A stretch of 64,000 nucleotides of DNA from Gemmatimonadota bacterium (GTDB taxonomy: Bacteria; Gemmatimonadota; Gemmatimonadetes; Longimicrobiales; Gaopeijiaceae). Positions 61,744 through 64,000 of the stretch are shown in pieces. The notes beneath the pieces are model-generated. The model saw only the letters and a list, made by a program, of their open reading frames with translations. It had not been told where the DNA came from and did no database searches. Location of the stretch: contig JAXHMG010000003.1 in assembly GCA_034521595.1 (NCBI GenBank), positions 1,696,001 to 1,760,000 of the forward strand. Direction: 5' to 3'. Position 1 is the stretch's first letter, and each line of letters starts with the position of its first letter. The position numbers were made by a program, and so were the translations under genes.

Positions 61744-62885
61744 GCCGCCTCCGAGGTCCGAGGCAGCAACGCCGCGACCGATGCGCCGATCTCGACCGCG
61801 GCGTGCGGCCGAGCGAGCCCGCGGGCCGCGGCCTTCATCGCTTCGAGCCGTGCCGGGTCATCGAGCAGCGTCGTCACCGTGCTCCAGAGCCGCGACGCGG
61901 TCAGCGTCGCCTGAGGCAACACGACGGCCGCACCGGCCGCTGCGAGCGCCTCCCCGTTCCGCAGCTGGTGGTCCTCCGCGGCAGTCGGAAGGGGAACCAG
62001 CACCGCCGGCAGCGCCTGCACCAGGAGCTCCGCCGTGAAGGTCGCGCCCGCGCGTGCCACGGCCAGATCGGACGCGGCGAGCGCAACCGGCATCTCCTCG
62101 ATATACGGCACCGCGTGGACCCAGCCCGCCGCGTCGCCATGCGTGTCGAGGGCTTCACACACGGTTTCGTGGTGGTTGGGTCCGGTCGCCCAAAGCAGGT
62201 GGAGATCACCCGGCCGGGGTCCGCCGGCCTCCACGACGTCCCGGACAGCTTCCAAGAGCACACGATTGAGCTGTAGCGCCCCCTGGCTTCCTCCCACGAC
62301 GAGGACAACCGCACCGTCCTCCGGGAGCCCGAGCCGGGCGCGAGCTCGACCCCGCTCGATACGGGCCACTGGACGCACCGGGTTCCCGCTCAGCCACGCA
62401 CGCTCGCGGCGAGCGGGCAGTCGTTCCACCGCTTCCGGAAACGCCACGTGCACATCGGTCGCCCAGCGGCTCAGCAATTTGGTGACCAGGCCGGGTACCG
62501 CGTTCTGCTCTTGCAACACGAGCGGTATGCCCATGAGCGCCGCAGCGATGCCCGCCGGGGCCCCAGCGTATCCTCCGGTTACCACGACCGCCTCCGGGCG
62601 AAGCTCGCTGAAGAGTCGTAGCGACCGAGCGATCGAGCGGACGGCGCCAAAGGCGTCGCGCAGACTTCGGAGCGGGTTGGCGCGGTCGATCCCTCGAATG
62701 GGGAGGAGCTCGTGCCATTCACCGCGCTCGGCGAGGATGCGGCCTTCGATGCCACGCTCCGAGCCCATGAAGAGGATGCGCGCGTCGGGACGGATCTCAC
62801 GGAGCGCCTCGGCGACCGCCAACGCCGGATAGAGGTGTCCTCCGGTGCCACCACCCGAAAACACGACCACCGGTGCCTCATGCAC
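61740..62885 (-). CDS. murG: Undecaprenyldiphospho-muramoylpentapeptide GlcNAc transferase
   Basis: GGGTGGH, EQN, GNPVR, GGSQGA, HQLRN. Confidence 0.96.
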   Translation of the reverse strand: MHEAPVVVFSGGGTGGHLYPALAVAEALREIRPDARILFMGSERGIEGRILAERGEWHELLPIRGIDRANPLRSLRDAFGAVRSIARSLRLFSELRPEAVVVTGGYAGAPAGIAAALMGIPLVLQEQNAVPGLVTKLLSRWATDVHVAFPEAVERLPARRERAWLSGNPVRPVARIERGRARARLGLPEDGAVVLVVGGSQGALQLNRVLLEAVRDVVEAGGPRPGDLHLLWATGPNHHETVCEALDTHGDAAGWVHAVPYIEEMPVALAASDLAVARAGATFTAELLVQALPAVLVPLPTAAEDHQLRNGEALAAAGAAVVLPQATLTASRLWSTVTTLLDDPARLEAMKAAARGLARPHAAVEIGASVAALLPRTSEAA

Positions 62886-64000
62886 GGGCCCTCCCCTGTT
62901 TCGTCTGCACTCCGGACGTCTGTGCCCGACTCGAGCTTCGCGCCACGGAAATCAGAATCCCGACCGCGGCGCACGTCGCGAGCAGATTGGAGCGGCCATA
63001 CGAAACCAGCGGCAACGACAAGCCCGTCGCCGGCACCAAGGCGAGCCCGACCGCCATGTGCAGCAGGGCCTGGAGGGCGATGAGGCTCGTGAGCCCGACC
63101 GCCAACAGCTCCCCGAACGCATCGGGCGCCCGGCCCGCGACGCGGAACCCGACGAGCACCACGGTTCCGTAGAGCAGCACGAGAAGGAGCACGCCCAACA
63201 AGCCCCATTCCTCCCCGATCATCGCGAAGATGAAGTCGTTGTGCGCTTCCGGGAGGAAGCCGAACTTCTGTCGGCCCTCACCGATACCCACGCCGGACAC
63301 TCCACCGGAGCCGAGAGCCACGAGAGACTGTCGGACCTGGAATCCCGCGCCCGTCGGATCGGATAGGGGGTTGGAGAAGGCGGCCAGCCGGTCCGCCCGA
63401 AATCCCACGGCGATCTGCTCGCGAACGAACGGGATGGCGGCGAGCGCGACGAACCCGAAATGCGCGATGCGTCCTCCCGCGCAGAATACGACGAGCGCGG
63501 CCACCATGGTCACGAGAAAGGCCGTCGAGAGGTCGGGCTCGATGGCGATCAATGCCACCACCACGCCCCACACCACCAGAAACGGGAGCATGCCCCGCGA
63601 CATCGAGCGGAAGTGCGGCGCCTTGCGCACGGCCAGCATGGCCGTCCAGATGACCACGGAGACCTTCGCGAGCTCCGACGGCTGGAACGTGACCCCCACC
63701 CGGAGCCACCGACGCGCGCCGTTCACTTCGGGAGCGATGCCGTGCGTCCACGGTAAGACAACGAGGACGAGCGCCGTGACGGTCACACCTAGCAAGGGCC
63801 AGGCCAGATGTGCCCAGACGCGGTAAGGAAGCCACGCGCACACGGCGAGCACCAAGAGCCCGGCCGCCGCTCCCGAGGCCTGACGAAGCACGTAGTAGGT
63901 GTCGGGAAGCTCCTGACGCATCGCGAGCACCGACGAGGCGCTGTAGAGGACCACCAATCCGCCCGCGATCAGCACGGCCGTGGCGCAGAACAGGACCGCG
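62878..64000 (-). CDS. ftsW: Peptidoglycan glycosyltransferase FtsW (5' end outside the window)
   Basis: GARRW, FQPSELAK, EPD, LPEAHNDFIF, EEWG, PLVSYG; the frame is open to the window edge. Confidence 0.95.
   Translation of the reverse strand, partial: AVLFCATAVLIAGGLVVLYSASSVLAMRQELPDTYYVLRQASGAAAGLLVLAVCAWLPYRVWAHLAWPLLGVTVTALVLVVLPWTHGIAPEVNGARRWLRVGVTFQPSELAKVSVVIWTAMLAVRKAPHFRSMSRGMLPFLVVWGVVVALIAIEPDLSTAFLVTMVAALVVFCAGGRIAHFGFVALAAIPFVREQIAVGFRADRLAAFSNPLSDPTGAGFQVRQSLVALGSGGVSGVGIGEGRQKFGFLPEAHNDFIFAMIGEEWGLLGVLLLVLLYGTVVLVGFRVAGRAPDAFGELLAVGLTSLIALQALLHMAVGLALVPATGLSLPLVSYGRSNLLATCAAVGILISVARSSSRAQTSGVQTKQGRARA

Noticed and set aside
885-63975. Many long antisense or alternate-frame ORFs (e.g. 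2028-4049, 4893-6395, 27050-29056, 33911-35485, 54978-56774, 57500-59851)
   Set aside because: They are Arg/Pro/Gly/Ser-rich shadows of well-supported genes. Such ORFs are expected in high-GC DNA where stop codons are rare, and they show no recognisable motifs.
1-64000. tRNA/rRNA genes, CRISPR arrays, IS elements, prophage or strong intrinsic terminators
   Set aside because: Intergenic gaps are all short (under about 140 nt), composition looks uniform, and I recognised no such patterns by eye. A covariance-model scan was not possible.

Overview
High-GC bacterial chromosomal window (roughly two-thirds G+C by eye), densely coding with about 55 CDS. Gene content and order suggest Gemmatimonadota, which is an inference. 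It is mostly housekeeping. The left minus-strand run is vanZ-like, aspS, phoH, 7TM-HD (PgpH-like), ybeY, mgtE, ABC1/UbiB kinase, meaB, an acyl-CoA mutase large subunit and a partial TonB-like gene. It is followed by rlmN, yqeK/LytR_C/lepB, NFACT (RqcH-like) and an interrupted trp cluster (trpD | lexA antisense | trpC-trpF-trpB-HEAT-HD-GYP-trpA). A plus-strand run follows: truA-tal-degP-purB-purC-pssA-purS-purQ-purL-purF. The right half is mostly minus strand: fbp, comEC, lapA-like, miaB, mtaB, an outer-membrane barrel plus lipoprotein, cdd, alr, mazG (+), a 2-hydroxyacid dehydrogenase, asnS, recG, ftsY, a VWA protein, an M23 peptidase and the dcw tail ftsW-murG-murC-ftsQ-ftsA-ftsZ. I saw no RNA genes, CRISPR arrays or mobile elements. 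The four best observations: (1) a HEAT-repeat + HD-GYP gene pair sits between trpB and trpA and the two proteins share a homologous N-terminal domain I cannot name; (2) lexA splits the trp cluster, with a TTCGG-N6-TTCGG direct repeat in the 60-bp divergent gap; (3) purF is broken by a single extra A that separates the catalytic-Cys N-terminus from the rest; (4) the mutase carries isobutyryl-CoA mutase rather than methylmalonyl-CoA mutase specificity residues.
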